From NCBI GenBank assembly GCA_033763455.1, contig JANRKO010000011.1:1-64000 (forward strand): a DNA stretch of 64,000 bases, read 5' to 3'. This DNA is from Polyangiaceae bacterium. GTDB lineage: Bacteria; Myxococcota_A; Polyangia; Polyangiales; Polyangiaceae. Below the pieces are notes generated by a model. That model saw only the letters and a program-made list of their open reading frames with translations, was not told the DNA's origin and made no database searches. Position numbers and translations under genes: made by a program. This document shows, one piece after another, positions 49,119 through 58,992 of this stretch; the first letter of the stretch is position 1; each line of letters begins with the position of its first letter.

Positions 49119-50815
49119 ACGTAGTCTCCTTGGGTGGCAACGCCATAAGCGATGAATTGATCTACGTACGAAGGCATGTAGCCGCTCGCGCGGTGTTCCC
49201 CGACGATCTTGCCGTTCTCAGCCGTGCCCGTGCGGCAGAAGCTAAAGATCTCGCGCATCTCGATCTCACCACCGTGGCTCAGCCCCGTAAGCTCGGTGAT
49301 ATTCGTGACGCGCCGTGAGCCGTCCGAAAGCCTGGATTGCTGAACAATCACGTGCACGCTGGAGGCAATTTGGCGGCGAATCGCCTGGATCGGGAGCTCT
49401 ACGCCAGACATCAAACACAGGGTTTCGATGCGGGCAATGGCCTCTTTGGGGCTATTGGCGTGCGTTGTTGTCATCGAACCCTCATGGCCGGTATTCATGG
49501 CCTGCAACATGTCGAGAGTTTCGCCTCCGCGACACTCACCGACGAGGATCCGATCGGGGCGCATCCGGAGTGCGTTTTTCAAGAGATCTCGAATGGTGTA
49601 TTCGCCTTTGCCCTCCATGTTAGGCGGGCGGGATTCCAGCGAAACAACGTGCGGCTGACGCAGCTGAAGCTCGGCGGCATCTTCAATCGTAACCAGACGT
49701 TCGTCGGGAGCGATGGCCCCCGAGAGCACATTGAGCAAGGTTGTCTTTCCGCTACCTGTGCCACCGGAGATCACAATGTTCTTCTTTACGCGCACCGAGC
49801 GTTCCAAGAATGTGGCCATGCGCTGGCTGAGCGAGCCAAACTTCACCAGCTCGCTCATCTGGAGCGGCTCTTTCCTGAACTTTCGAATCGTAATGCAGGC
49901 GCCTTTGAGCGCCAGCGGAGGGATCACGGCATTCACGCGCGAGCCATCCTTCAGGCGAGCATCCACGATGGGCGTTGATTCATCAATGCGGCGACCAAGT
50001 GGAGTCACGATGCGCTCAATCACCGCGCGCACGGTTTCATCGTCGGTGAAGCGCAGGCCAGTGAGCGTCAGTTTTCCGCCTCTTTCCGCGTAAATACTCT
50101 GCGGATCGACCACCATGATCTCGCTCACATCCACGTCATTGAGCAGTTGCTCGAGCGGACCCAACCCGAGCGCTTCATCCGCCAGCTCTCGTACTAGCAA
50201 TTCGCGATCGACGTCCGGCGGCAGCTCCCCCGCAAAGCTTGTCACAATCGTGGTCAAAGCTTCGACCACCTTCGGACGCAGCTCCTCCACATTGAGACGA
50301 GCGCGATCTACTTTGGGCAGATCGAGATGGTCGAGCAAGCTCCGATGAATGCGACGGCGGATGAGCGCGGGAGCCGAAGCGGACACTTCAGGCTTTGCGA
50401 CTGCCTCAGGCACGGGCACAGCAACCGGCGCGGGAACCGGAGCAGGCTTAGGTTCTTCGAAAGCAGGTGCAACGACCGGGGACGGAGCGGGCACCTGAGC
50501 CACCTCGGAAACCCCCTTGCGCAGCAACTGCAGTTCAAACGGGCCTACCCTAATGGGCACACTCGGGCCGCGGACCACGCGCGCCGCCTGACGCAACAGC
50601 AAGCCATCCACTAAAGAGCCATTGTGCGAACAATCCGCAACCACCAGATCCGCCCCCTGGCGAGAGAGGGACACGTGCCGCCGAGAGACCACATTCGAAG
50701 GTAAAAACACGGCACATTCGGGACTCCTCCCGATCCAGAGCGGCTCATTTCCAACGCACAATTCCTGAGCTCCCGAAGGGGTGACCACCGTCACCCAGAG
50801 GTCAGCGCTGTCCAT
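49115..50815 (-). CDS. cpaF: FHA-domain-fused CpaF/TadA ATPase
   Basis: N-terminal IGR..VSRRH..D..SHNGS FHA signature; Pro/Ala linker; [42 protein letters not shown]. Confidence 0.95.
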   Translation of the reverse strand: MDSADLWVTVVTPSGAQELCVGNEPLWIGRSPECAVFLPSNVVSRRHVSLSRQGADLVVADCSHNGSLVDGLLLRQAARVVRGPSVPIRVGPFELQLLRKGVSEVAQVPAPSPVVAPAFEEPKPAPVPAPVAVPVPEAVAKPEVSASAPALIRRRIHRSLLDHLDLPKVDRARLNVEELRPKVVEALTTIVTSFAGELPPDVDRELLVRELADEALGLGPLEQLLNDVDVSEIMVVDPQSIYAERGGKLTLTGLRFTDDETVRAVIERIVTPLGRRIDESTPIVDARLKDGSRVNAVIPPLALKGACITIRKFRKEPLQMSELVKFGSLSQRMATFLERSVRVKKNIVISGGTGSGKTTLLNVLSGAIAPDERLVTIEDAAELQLRQPHVVSLESRPPNMEGKGEYTIRDLLKNALRMRPDRILVGECRGGETLDMLQAMNTGHEGSMTTTHANSPKEAIARIETLCLMSGVELPIQAIRRQIASSVHVIVQQSRLSDGSRRVTNITELTGLSHGGEIEMREIFSFCRTGTAENGKIVGEHRASGYMPSYVDQFIAYGVATQGDYV

Positions 50816-51956
50816 GTGCCGGCCCTTTCCACTTGGGTGCGTCAACCATCCGGCTTTCGTCGATATTGCCAGAGTAATCTTCGAACAACGCCAAAGCTTC
50901 TTTGATGCGCCGCTCCGCATCAGCCGAAGTGGCATCCACCACCGAGGGGACGATCATCACAATATTCTCGGTATCCTGGGATGCGGAGCGTTCAGAACCA
51001 AACAACAAACCTAAAAGCGGGATCTGGCTCAACCCCGGCAAGCCGGAACGCGTGTGGACTTCGCTCTTCGAGGTAAGGCCCGCTAAAATGAGCGATTGAC
51101 CCAGCTCCAGATTCACAATCGTGTCTAGCTGGGAGGTGGTACGGCCTGGGGCACCGGTGCCGCGGTCGTCCGCGAGATCGGAGACATCTGCGTGTACGTA
51201 GAGATCCAATCTTCCAGACTCCGAATCGTATTTCGGTTGGATCTGAAGTGAGCTCCCAAACGAGATCTGGTGAATGCCCGAAGAAAGGCTGCCTTGCACC
51301 GGGATATTTACCTCGCCACCCCCTGAAAAAGAGGCCTTTTCGCCGTTCGCCGTGATAACAGCAGCGTGGCGCATGAGCTTGGCGTAGCCCTTGGCCTGGG
51401 CAATATCGAGCTTAGGCAACGCTTGGGTCACCACAGCTGCGGCCGTCTCGAAACGATTGGCCACAAGATCATACTGAAGATTCAGCGTGCCGCCGCCCAA
51501 TGAGCCCGGCCAATCCATCCCCACCTGGTGGTTGTAACTTTTGTCCAGCTGGACAAAGTAGAAGTCTAACCGAATGTTGTCCCGCGCTCGGATGCCAGTG
51601 GGCGTCTCTTCTGCTTTTTCGGGCAGACCACTTTCTACTTCGATGCCGAACTGGCGCTTCGAACCATTTTGCATAATGAGCAGCAAAGAGGTTACGCCGG
51701 GGTTCATGGCTACCACCACAAAGTCTTTCGCATCCGGCGTTAAGCGAACATCTACGATACCCTTTACGCCTTCCGAAAAGCTCTGCACACCAGCGGCAGA
51801 CAGCACCTGCTGTTCACCTATTTTGAGGCGAATACTTTGAGCTGGGGCAGAGGCCTCCAAGCCGGAACCAACTTCGGCCCTGGCAGGGAAACACACCGTA
51901 GAAAGTAGCCCGCAGACGGAGGCCGATAGTGCAAAGGCTCGATACCATTTTCTCAT
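50802..51956 (-). CDS. cpaC: CpaC/RcpA-type secretin (short form)
   Basis: Signal peptide; GVTSLL N-domain; ASFSGGGE, LGQSLILAGL, GLPGLSQIPLLGLLFGS. Confidence 0.9.
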   Translation of the reverse strand: MRKWYRAFALSASVCGLLSTVCFPARAEVGSGLEASAPAQSIRLKIGEQQVLSAAGVQSFSEGVKGIVDVRLTPDAKDFVVVAMNPGVTSLLLIMQNGSKRQFGIEVESGLPEKAEETPTGIRARDNIRLDFYFVQLDKSYNHQVGMDWPGSLGGGTLNLQYDLVANRFETAAAVVTQALPKLDIAQAKGYAKLMRHAAVITANGEKASFSGGGEVNIPVQGSLSSGIHQISFGSSLQIQPKYDSESGRLDLYVHADVSDLADDRGTGAPGRTTSQLDTIVNLELGQSLILAGLTSKSEVHTRSGLPGLSQIPLLGLLFGSERSASQDTENIVMIVPSVVDATSADAERRIKEALALFEDYSGNIDESRMVDAPKWKGPAHGQR

Positions 51957-51989
51957 AATCTTTTCCTCAAACAGGGGTAAATTTCCGGA

Positions 51990-52760
51990 TTACTGAACGC
52001 GCTCGATCACGGGCACTTGCGGCTGTTTCCTGGCGGTAATGCTCACGTCCGCTGGAGTTTCAGTGCGGTGAATGTCCTCCCGGGTTGTGCCCGGAAGCTT
52101 TTCAAGCAGCGTGATGTCATCCGCATTTCTGAGCGAGAGGCGCAGCGTCCCACCCTGTTCTGCTTGAGTAATGGTCTGTGCTTGCTCCACTGACAAACTC
52201 AGAACCACCGAATTTGCTGAACCGTGCGATGAAGTACCTTCTGCGGAAGCCTCTGTGCTCCCATTCACAGCTAACACCAGAAGATTCTGCAGGAGCGTAA
52301 CCGTTTCCGATCCCGCGTGGGAGGTAAAAAGCAGATCGACGCGATCTCCTGGCCGTAGAAGCCCATCAAACAACTGATCCGAGGAGATATTGAGAGCACG
52401 CATTCCCTTCTGCACTAGGCCCGCCAGTGAGCGAGCCGCGACTTCCCCACCAGCCACATCACTCCACTCCAAGGTATCACCCGCCTTCAGCATGGCTGTG
52501 GTACGGACGCCCACAAGCTTTTCCGCGTCTTGTGCACGCACTTGACGGCGGTTCACATAGCTCGCAGGAACCTCTTGGACGGCCAAGTTATCGCGAGTGA
52601 TGGCAGCCCCTATTGCCAAATCACGAGCTGTGGAGAGCACGCGCACCTTCGGGCCGCCGGCTACATCCTGCTCGAGCCGCGTGAGGTAAACATGGCCGAG
52701 CCCCGCCGCCAGGGCGCCCGAGGCGAGGGAAACGAACACTAACGTTTTGCTGGATATCAT
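51990..52760 (-). CDS. cpaB: Flp pilus assembly protein CpaB/RcpC
   Basis: N-terminal TM, SAF-like ARDLAIG, GMRAL, GLLRPGDRVDLL, LLQNLLVLAV, LSLRN. Confidence 0.95.
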   Translation of the reverse strand: MISSKTLVFVSLASGALAAGLGHVYLTRLEQDVAGGPKVRVLSTARDLAIGAAITRDNLAVQEVPASYVNRRQVRAQDAEKLVGVRTTAMLKAGDTLEWSDVAGGEVAARSLAGLVQKGMRALNISSDQLFDGLLRPGDRVDLLFTSHAGSETVTLLQNLLVLAVNGSTEASAEGTSSHGSANSVVLSLSVEQAQTITQAEQGGTLRLSLRNADDITLLEKLPGTTREDIHRTETPADVSITARKQPQVPVIERVQ

Positions 52761-52884
52761 AGCTGCCCCCCGTATCGACCTGCATCGGGGCCAGTTGCCG
52801 AAAAAAGCACCTGCTACGAAGTACGCAACTCAAGCATGGGCGTGCCGAAAGGGGCTGGAACCTGAAAATCCGAAAGCCTTTTTC

Positions 52885-53838
52885 ATGCAACGTCGTCAAT
52901 TCTTCTTCTTAGGCGCCGCATTCCTCGCCGCCTGCTCTCGCAACTCAAAGCCCTGTGCCGATTGCTCTCCGGGAGCACCGGTAAACGAAGCTCCGGGCGT
53001 CGTGCTCCGAGCGAGCTGGGGGCAAGAGCCCGGACAACTTGGCGTCTCAGATCCCGAAGAGGCAAATCCCGAGGCACCAATGAGCTTGGCGGTGGACCCG
53101 GAGACGGGCGAAGTCTTACTGCTCGATCAAGTCAACCAGCGAGTTCAGGTTTTCGCCGGTAGTTCGCTAAAGCACACGATCGCTCTACCTTCTGGCAATG
53201 CTCAAGATCTCGCATTGCTTCCGAATGGCAACATCGTAGTGGCAGATCGCTTGGTTCAAGGAGAATTGATTGAGCTCGATCGTGAAGGCTCGATTCAGAA
53301 TCGCACGGCGCTCGTGGGCGATGGCATCGAATTCCCAGCCGAGCTCACGGCTCTTTTCAGCAATGAGGAGGGGATTTGGGGGGAGCTTGGGAGCCGCTCC
53401 ATATGGCTCCTCGACAGCACCGGCACGGCGCCTGTGCAGCGCGAAATTCTGCCCGGCTACCCACAAGGCAGCCGCCTTTACAAGGCACAAGGCACCGGCA
53501 AAACGCTTTCGATCACTTCCGCTCCACGCAATGAAGCCACGGGCCAGAAGCAAACAACCTTACAATACCAGAGCGCCGTCACCAGCATCACAACACTTCG
53601 TGTGGACGCCCAAGGCAAGATCTACGTTGCCACCCGCCACCTCGTGGACGACGGAAAATCTTCGTCGGAGTCCTGCTGGATGGTGGTACTAGGTACGGAT
53701 CTGAAAGAAGAGCGTCGCTTCGAGCTGAAGCCGCGTGACGGAGCCCGCGAGATCTTCCGCGATGTTGAGATTGCTCAAACTGGGGCGATCTATCAGCTGC
53801 AGATCACGGCAGACGGTGCCTCGGTGGAAAGGTATTGA
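52885..53838 (+). CDS. Lipoprotein with twin-arginine-like signal and NHL/beta-propeller domain
   Basis: MQRRQFFFLGAAFLAAC; PMSLAVD..LLDQVNQRVQVF; LRVDAQGKIYV. Confidence 0.75.
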   Translation: MQRRQFFFLGAAFLAACSRNSKPCADCSPGAPVNEAPGVVLRASWGQEPGQLGVSDPEEANPEAPMSLAVDPETGEVLLLDQVNQRVQVFAGSSLKHTIALPSGNAQDLALLPNGNIVVADRLVQGELIELDREGSIQNRTALVGDGIEFPAELTALFSNEEGIWGELGSRSIWLLDSTGTAPVQREILPGYPQGSRLYKAQGTGKTLSITSAPRNEATGQKQTTLQYQSAVTSITTLRVDAQGKIYVATRHLVDDGKSSSESCWMVVLGTDLKEERRFELKPRDGAREIFRDVEIAQTGAIYQLQITADGASVERY

Positions 53839-53840
53839 AC

Positions 53841-56234
53841 GTGACGCGAGCTACCTTCTTCGCCGTTCTTTCGACATTCTTGCTAATTCTTGGACGCTCT
53901 GCTCACGCCGAGCCCGCACCGATGACTCGGGATGCCATTATTGCGCTGGTGAAGCCAGCTGTGGGCCATGGCTATTACTTTGGCCACAACACCTGGACGA
54001 CAGACGGTTCACGCAAAGGCACCTGCAGTGGCAACTGCACCACCTCGTGCTCCTTTAGCGGAACGATCGGCACCGATTGCTCTGGATTGGTGGGCAAGGC
54101 TTGGCAAGTTCCCGGTCCTTTACCTGTCACCCAAGATAAAGATCACTTCTCGACTGAACTCTTTCGGTTCAAGGAATTGCATTGGACTCGCATTGAGCGC
54201 ACAGAGCTCAAGAAAGGAGATGCGCTCGTCTACCGGAACGCAATGAACAGCGCCGGGCACATTGTCCTCTTCGACAAGCTCGGGGACGATGGTCGCAGGC
54301 TTTGGGTCTACGAAGCCCGTGGTTGCGCGCAAGGCGTCGTCTACAACTTGCGGGATCTAGGCCCGGAATACGTCTCGATTCGCCGAAAGAATTTGATCGA
54401 GTCCGGCCCCATCACTTGTGGAATACATGGCCGCGCCGATGCGTTCGACGGCTGCAGCTGTGACCCGGGATATGCTGGCGCGAGCTGCGAAACGTGCGCA
54501 GCCGGCTTCTACGGCTATCCAAGCTGCGTCCGTGAAGGGTCCAGCTGTGAGCCCTCTGGAGCCATCCAGTGCGGGAACGTAGTACCGGTAACCTCGCTCG
54601 ACTCCACGAGCAATACTAGCAGCCACGCTTGCAATGATTCGGTAGCCAAGAGCGAAGTCATCTACGAGTTTCGCCCCCATGGGCGAGGCCAAGCACACCT
54701 CGCACTCGAAGGCGTCCAAAGTGGGCTAGAGCTGCGGGCGCGCAAACAGCGCTGTGATGCGGAGAGTTGCCTGGGCGCTGCCTCCAGCAACCTCACGCTC
54801 GACTATAGCGAAGGCGATGTTTTCTATATTGCCATCGAAGGCTCTCAGACGTCCGGGTACAACGCCAATCTCAATGTAAATTGTGAGGTTCCGAAGCAAG
54901 CATGGGTGGGCGACGCCTGCCAATCCGATGCCGATTGCGACATGAGTTTTAACGCGGATGCAGGCACAAAAGGCTTCTGTTTCAAACAGGGCACCGCGGC
55001 GTTCTGTTCGCTACCCTGTGAGCGTCTGTGCCCAGATCTCGTTCCCGATAAAGCACAAACCTTCTGTGTTCAACGCCCCAATCAACCGCAAGCCGGCATG
55101 TGTGTGTCCCGTTCGGATCGTCAAAATTCCCAGTGCGGCGCCATTTCCGGCACAGTTGAGTTGCTCTCACAACGCTTTGGGCAAACCAACAAAGAAGCGC
55201 TGAGCTGCGTACCTCTAGGCACCTCGGGATGTTCTCTCCACGGCAGTGTCGTGGCCTTCGACACCACTCCAGAAAGACCAGTCGAAGGTGCCAGCGTGCA
55301 CCTCGAAGGCGTGGGCTTCACCGCAGATACCAAGACGGACGTGCTTGGCAACTACGCGGCCACCGGAATTCCTTGCGGCAGCGTCTCCCTCACGCTTTCG
55401 GCACCAGGTTTTCTAACCGAACACCTAGCGCTCACTTTGGACGGGAGCCAACACCCCGTTAGTCGCCTCAAGGCCCTCCCCGAAGCTTGTGCGGGCCTCG
55501 GCTCGCTCACCGGTAGCGTGTTCGATACTCTCACGAGCGCGGCGGTTGAAGGAGCGCAAATTCAGCTATTTTCAAGCCTAGGCCGAGCGGAAGGCACGCC
55601 CCTCGCTGAGGCCACTTCGGGCGCCTCCGGAATGTACGAGCTCTCACAGGTGCCGGCCGGTCACTACACGGCTCGCATCGAGGCGCCAAGCTATTCCCCA
55701 CTCGAAAAGGAAGTGATCGTGTGCGGCGGACGTACACAGGCGAGCAGCGACTTTTTCGTCGCGAAAGCTACCCAAGCCACCCTGAGCTTCGTGCTTGATT
55801 GGCAACGCCCCTCTGATTTGGATCTTCACTTGCAGCTTCCAAACGGCGAAGAAGTGTACTTTGACGATCTCTGCCGCGGCAGCTCCACGAGCTTTCCCTA
55901 CGCTACGCTCGATGTGGATCACCGTTACGCGGATGGCCCCGAAAGCTTGAGCATCACCGCTCTGATCCCTGGCCGCTACACACTGTTTGTTCACAACTAC
56001 TCCCAGGACTTCACATCCAGTGAGCCCAGCCTTACCGAGTCGGACGCACAGGTTTCCGTCTTTGGCCAGGGAGGCAAGCTCTTGGGGCGCTTTCCAGTCC
56101 CTTCACGCGGTTCGGGCCTGTACTGGGACGTGCTTTCCTTCGAGGGTTTACACCCTGAAAAGCTGACGCCAATTCAACGTCTCCAATCCGATCGATTGCG
56201 CCCTGAAGACTATGTCCAGGCTTGTCGCCCGTGA
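53841..56234 (+). CDS. Secreted multidomain NlpC/P60-like cell-wall hydrolase with EGF-like, carboxypeptidase-regulatory-like and YfaP/DUF2135-like regions
   Basis: Signal peptide ending SAHA; GTDCSGLV..KGDALVY..GHIVLF..YEA; CSCDPGYAGASC; TDVLGNY; LDWQRPSDLDLHL..LDVD..GPE. Confidence 0.8.
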   Translation: MTRATFFAVLSTFLLILGRSAHAEPAPMTRDAIIALVKPAVGHGYYFGHNTWTTDGSRKGTCSGNCTTSCSFSGTIGTDCSGLVGKAWQVPGPLPVTQDKDHFSTELFRFKELHWTRIERTELKKGDALVYRNAMNSAGHIVLFDKLGDDGRRLWVYEARGCAQGVVYNLRDLGPEYVSIRRKNLIESGPITCGIHGRADAFDGCSCDPGYAGASCETCAAGFYGYPSCVREGSSCEPSGAIQCGNVVPVTSLDSTSNTSSHACNDSVAKSEVIYEFRPHGRGQAHLALEGVQSGLELRARKQRCDAESCLGAASSNLTLDYSEGDVFYIAIEGSQTSGYNANLNVNCEVPKQAWVGDACQSDADCDMSFNADAGTKGFCFKQGTAAFCSLPCERLCPDLVPDKAQTFCVQRPNQPQAGMCVSRSDRQNSQCGAISGTVELLSQRFGQTNKEALSCVPLGTSGCSLHGSVVAFDTTPERPVEGASVHLEGVGFTADTKTDVLGNYAATGIPCGSVSLTLSAPGFLTEHLALTLDGSQHPVSRLKALPEACAGLGSLTGSVFDTLTSAAVEGAQIQLFSSLGRAEGTPLAEATSGASGMYELSQVPAGHYTARIEAPSYSPLEKEVIVCGGRTQASSDFFVAKATQATLSFVLDWQRPSDLDLHLQLPNGEEVYFDDLCRGSSTSFPYATLDVDHRYADGPESLSITALIPGRYTLFVHNYSQDFTSSEPSLTESDAQVSVFGQGGKLLGRFPVPSRGSGLYWDVLSFEGLHPEKLTPIQRLQSDRLRPEDYVQACRP

Positions 56235-56430
56235 AGCTTGCTGGGTTGTTCGGAGATTTCGTTTTGCTGCGCTGATTCTGGCCAAATAGTCCGTGAATTT
56301 GCCGCCACTCTGGCCAAATTCTCCGCTGCTCGCGTGCTACCGTTTACCACGATTAAGCCCACTTTGGGCAACGCCCTGCCGTGAAGCGGCCGGCGTTCGA
56401 TAGTGCGTCTAGGTAAGGTTGGCAAACACG

Positions 56431-57486
56431 ATGCGAAGTCCGAAATTGGGGCAACTTTCAAAGACATTGATCTTCCTCGCCCTTTGGACGGCATCTGCGT
56501 GCGGTAACGGTAACGGCGACCGAGGCTCGTCCCCCGCGACCACCGCTGCCACTGGAGGAGCACAAGCCATGGGTGGCACGGCGATGACTGGGGGCGAAAC
56601 TGCTAGTGCAACCGGCGGCTCACGGTCCGTCGGAGGTGCGTCGAGTACGCCTAACGCCGGAGGCCGCTTGGGTGTCGGAGGCTCCCAGACCCTTCCCACT
56701 GGCGGCGCCAATTCGCTAGGCGGCTCACCCACCGCTTCCCTGGGTGGTATGAACACACTTGGCGGCAGCGGAAGCCTAGGCACCGGAGGTGTACCTGCGA
56801 TTGCTGAGCCGGCCTCCAAAAATTGGGTTTACATCATGCTCGGGCAATCCAATATGCAGGGCTATTCGCCGCTGGAAGCGGGAGACATGGTAGCGCCACC
56901 TCGCGTGTTCAAAATGCTGGACGACAAGAGCTGGGCGGGAGCGAGCGAGCCGGCAGGGGTGTGGCCTACGTTCTTGTCGCCCTGCCGTAGCTTCGGGATG
57001 AAACTTTTGGAGAAGGTGGCGGACCCGGACGTGAAGATCTACCTCATCAATGCGGCTATTGGAGGCACTAGCATTGAGGACTGGAATCCTGCGAACGGTG
57101 AACAGTATTTGAACATGCTTCCCTACCTAGAGGCCGGAATGCAAATGGGCATCGTACGCGGTTTCATCTGGCATCAAGGGGAATCGAACGATGACGCAAC
57201 TGCCCCCGAGTACATCGGCAAGTTCGTTGAGCTCATCGCTGCGGTGCGAGCCAAAGTGGGTGACCCAACGTTGCCGGTAGTTGCCGGCGAAATTGGTTCG
57301 ACCAACTCCAACAAGGAAATCAACAAAGCGCTCGGCATGATGGCTACCATGGACCCATTGTTCAGAGTTGCATCCGCAGAAGGCCTGACCATGTTAGGCC
57401 CCACGGATCCACATTTCGATTCTGCCTCTGAACGCCTGATGGGCGAAAGAATGGCGAACGCTTGGTGGTCTATCTTGGGCAAATAG
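56431..57486 (+). CDS. Sialate O-acetylesterase-domain (SASA/CE6-like SGNH) lipoprotein
   Basis: ASAC lipobox, Gly/Thr linker, GQSNMQG, AIGGT, WHQGES, DPHF. Confidence 0.88.
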   Translation: MRSPKLGQLSKTLIFLALWTASACGNGNGDRGSSPATTAATGGAQAMGGTAMTGGETASATGGSRSVGGASSTPNAGGRLGVGGSQTLPTGGANSLGGSPTASLGGMNTLGGSGSLGTGGVPAIAEPASKNWVYIMLGQSNMQGYSPLEAGDMVAPPRVFKMLDDKSWAGASEPAGVWPTFLSPCRSFGMKLLEKVADPDVKIYLINAAIGGTSIEDWNPANGEQYLNMLPYLEAGMQMGIVRGFIWHQGESNDDATAPEYIGKFVELIAAVRAKVGDPTLPVVAGEIGSTNSNKEINKALGMMATMDPLFRVASAEGLTMLGPTDPHFDSASERLMGERMANAWWSILGK

Positions 57487-57567
57487 GCGTGTATTTGCGC
57501 CTGAGCGCAAGGATGTTCGTCACGCCGCAAGCAGCCACTTGAAGGCAGCCAAGGGCGAAAATGGGGA

Positions 57568-58794
57568 TCAGAGGCTGGCGAACGGGATGGAGACGATGTC
57601 GTCGCTGAGGCGACGGCAAACTTCGTCGTTGTTGATCACTATGCCACAGGCGCACTTCCATTCTCTGATGAAGTCCGTGAGCGCGCGAAGGTCGCGGCTG
57701 GCGATGCTCTGAGTGCGCTTGATTTCGATCGGAATGAGACCGAAATCTCCTTCGAGCACGAGATCAATTTCAGCTCCCCCTCCGGTTCGATAGTAGGAGG
57801 CCTCGTAAGCCACGCCGCTCCCTTCAAGGCCGCGCAAGATATTCTCGATGACCATTCCCTCCCAAGACGAGCCTCCCGCGGGATGACTGAGCAACGATTG
57901 TTGATCTGGGATTCGGAGCAGGTGGTGGAGCAAGCCGCTATCGCGGAGGTAGCCCCGCGGGTGGCGAACGAGACGTTTGAGCGTCCGTTTGTCAAAGGCC
58001 GGCAACGTTCGCCACAAGAACGAGCCGTGCGCGATCTCAAAATAATCCTTTGCTGTCGGTTGAGACACATTGAGCGCTCGCGCCACGTCCGCGTAGTTGA
58101 TGATGCTCCCTGAAAGACCTGCGAGCATGCGAACAAAGGCTCGAAAGCGCTCCCGATTGAGGCCCGGAAACAGCCTGGCCACATCACGCTCGACATACGT
58201 TTTTACATATTGCTCGGCCCACACCTTGCGAAAACGCTCGGATTTTGCGAGCCACGGCTCCGGGTAGCCACCCTGAAGCCAGTAGCGATGCAGATCACCG
58301 ACGCCAAATCTTGGAGGGAACGACTGGCTCAGCATTTCAGGGGTTACTTCGCGCGCGCGCAAGCTATTGGCAAACGGTGAAGTCGGGATCGCGAGGGCCT
58401 CCGACGCTGTGAAAGGAGCCATTTCGATGATCCCGACCCGACCGGCAAGGCTCTCTGAGATCGCACGTACGAGTGCCGGGGAGCTTGAGCCCGTGACGAC
58501 AAAGCGACCCTTCTGGGCGCGCTCGCGGTCGATTTCCACGCGCAAGGCCGAAAATAGAGGCGGCAGGAGCTGGGCTTCATCGAACGCTGCTTTCTGAGGG
58601 TGGAGCCGAAGAAAGAGAGCTGGGTCGCGCGCGATAGCTCGGTAGTCGGCATCTTTTTCGAGGTCGAAGCGGGTCCACGTCGCCGGCAGGGAGCCGAGTA
58701 GCGTCGTTTTCCCGCACTGCCTGGGCCCAAGCAGCGCGACCGCTGGAAAAATCGTTAAATATTCAGCTATTAAGGCCTCCACCAGACGTTTCAT
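57568..58794 (-). CDS. AAA-family ATPase with DUF4143 and C-terminal PD-(D/E)xK-like motif
   Basis: GPRQCGKT, FDEAQ, TGSSS, ESLAGR, GGYPE, YVERD, DSGLL, EIDLV..PIEIK. Confidence 0.92.
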   Translation of the reverse strand: MKRLVEALIAEYLTIFPAVALLGPRQCGKTTLLGSLPATWTRFDLEKDADYRAIARDPALFLRLHPQKAAFDEAQLLPPLFSALRVEIDRERAQKGRFVVTGSSSPALVRAISESLAGRVGIIEMAPFTASEALAIPTSPFANSLRAREVTPEMLSQSFPPRFGVGDLHRYWLQGGYPEPWLAKSERFRKVWAEQYVKTYVERDVARLFPGLNRERFRAFVRMLAGLSGSIINYADVARALNVSQPTAKDYFEIAHGSFLWRTLPAFDKRTLKRLVRHPRGYLRDSGLLHHLLRIPDQQSLLSHPAGGSSWEGMVIENILRGLEGSGVAYEASYYRTGGGAEIDLVLEGDFGLIPIEIKRTQSIASRDLRALTDFIREWKCACGIVINNDEVCRRLSDDIVSIPFASL

Positions 58795-58798
58795 AGTA

Positions 58799-58830
58799 TG
58801 CATTATCAAAGTTTAGGTTTGATATTGCAA
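58799..58830 (-). promoter_or_regulatory. Sigma70-like leaderless promoter embedded in a 31-bp inverted repeat
   Basis: Minus strand TTGCAA-N17-GATAAT-N7-ATG; arms TGCATTATCAAA and TTTGATATTGCA (11/12 complementary), 7-nt spacer. Confidence 0.65.
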
Positions 58831-58992
58831 GGTCCGTTCTTCGGGGTGAGCCGCCACCTTGCCCTGAAAGCCTATCCCACCTCAGCACTTGGGAAGCAGC
58901 CCACCCAAGCCGGTGGAGAGGGTCAAGGATGGCGCACAGCCCTGAGCAGAAACTCCACAACTCTGAATACCCGTGGCCGAGTGGGGGGGCAT

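Noticed and set aside
52810..52850. Sigma54 promoter for cpaB (CGGCACGCCCATGC on the minus strand)
   Set aside because: GG-to-GC spacing is 9 nt, not the required 10
58798..58992. N-terminal extension of the TadG-like ORF
   Set aside because: It overlaps the divergent ATPase promoter, and the prepilin-like motif begins just after ATG 58993
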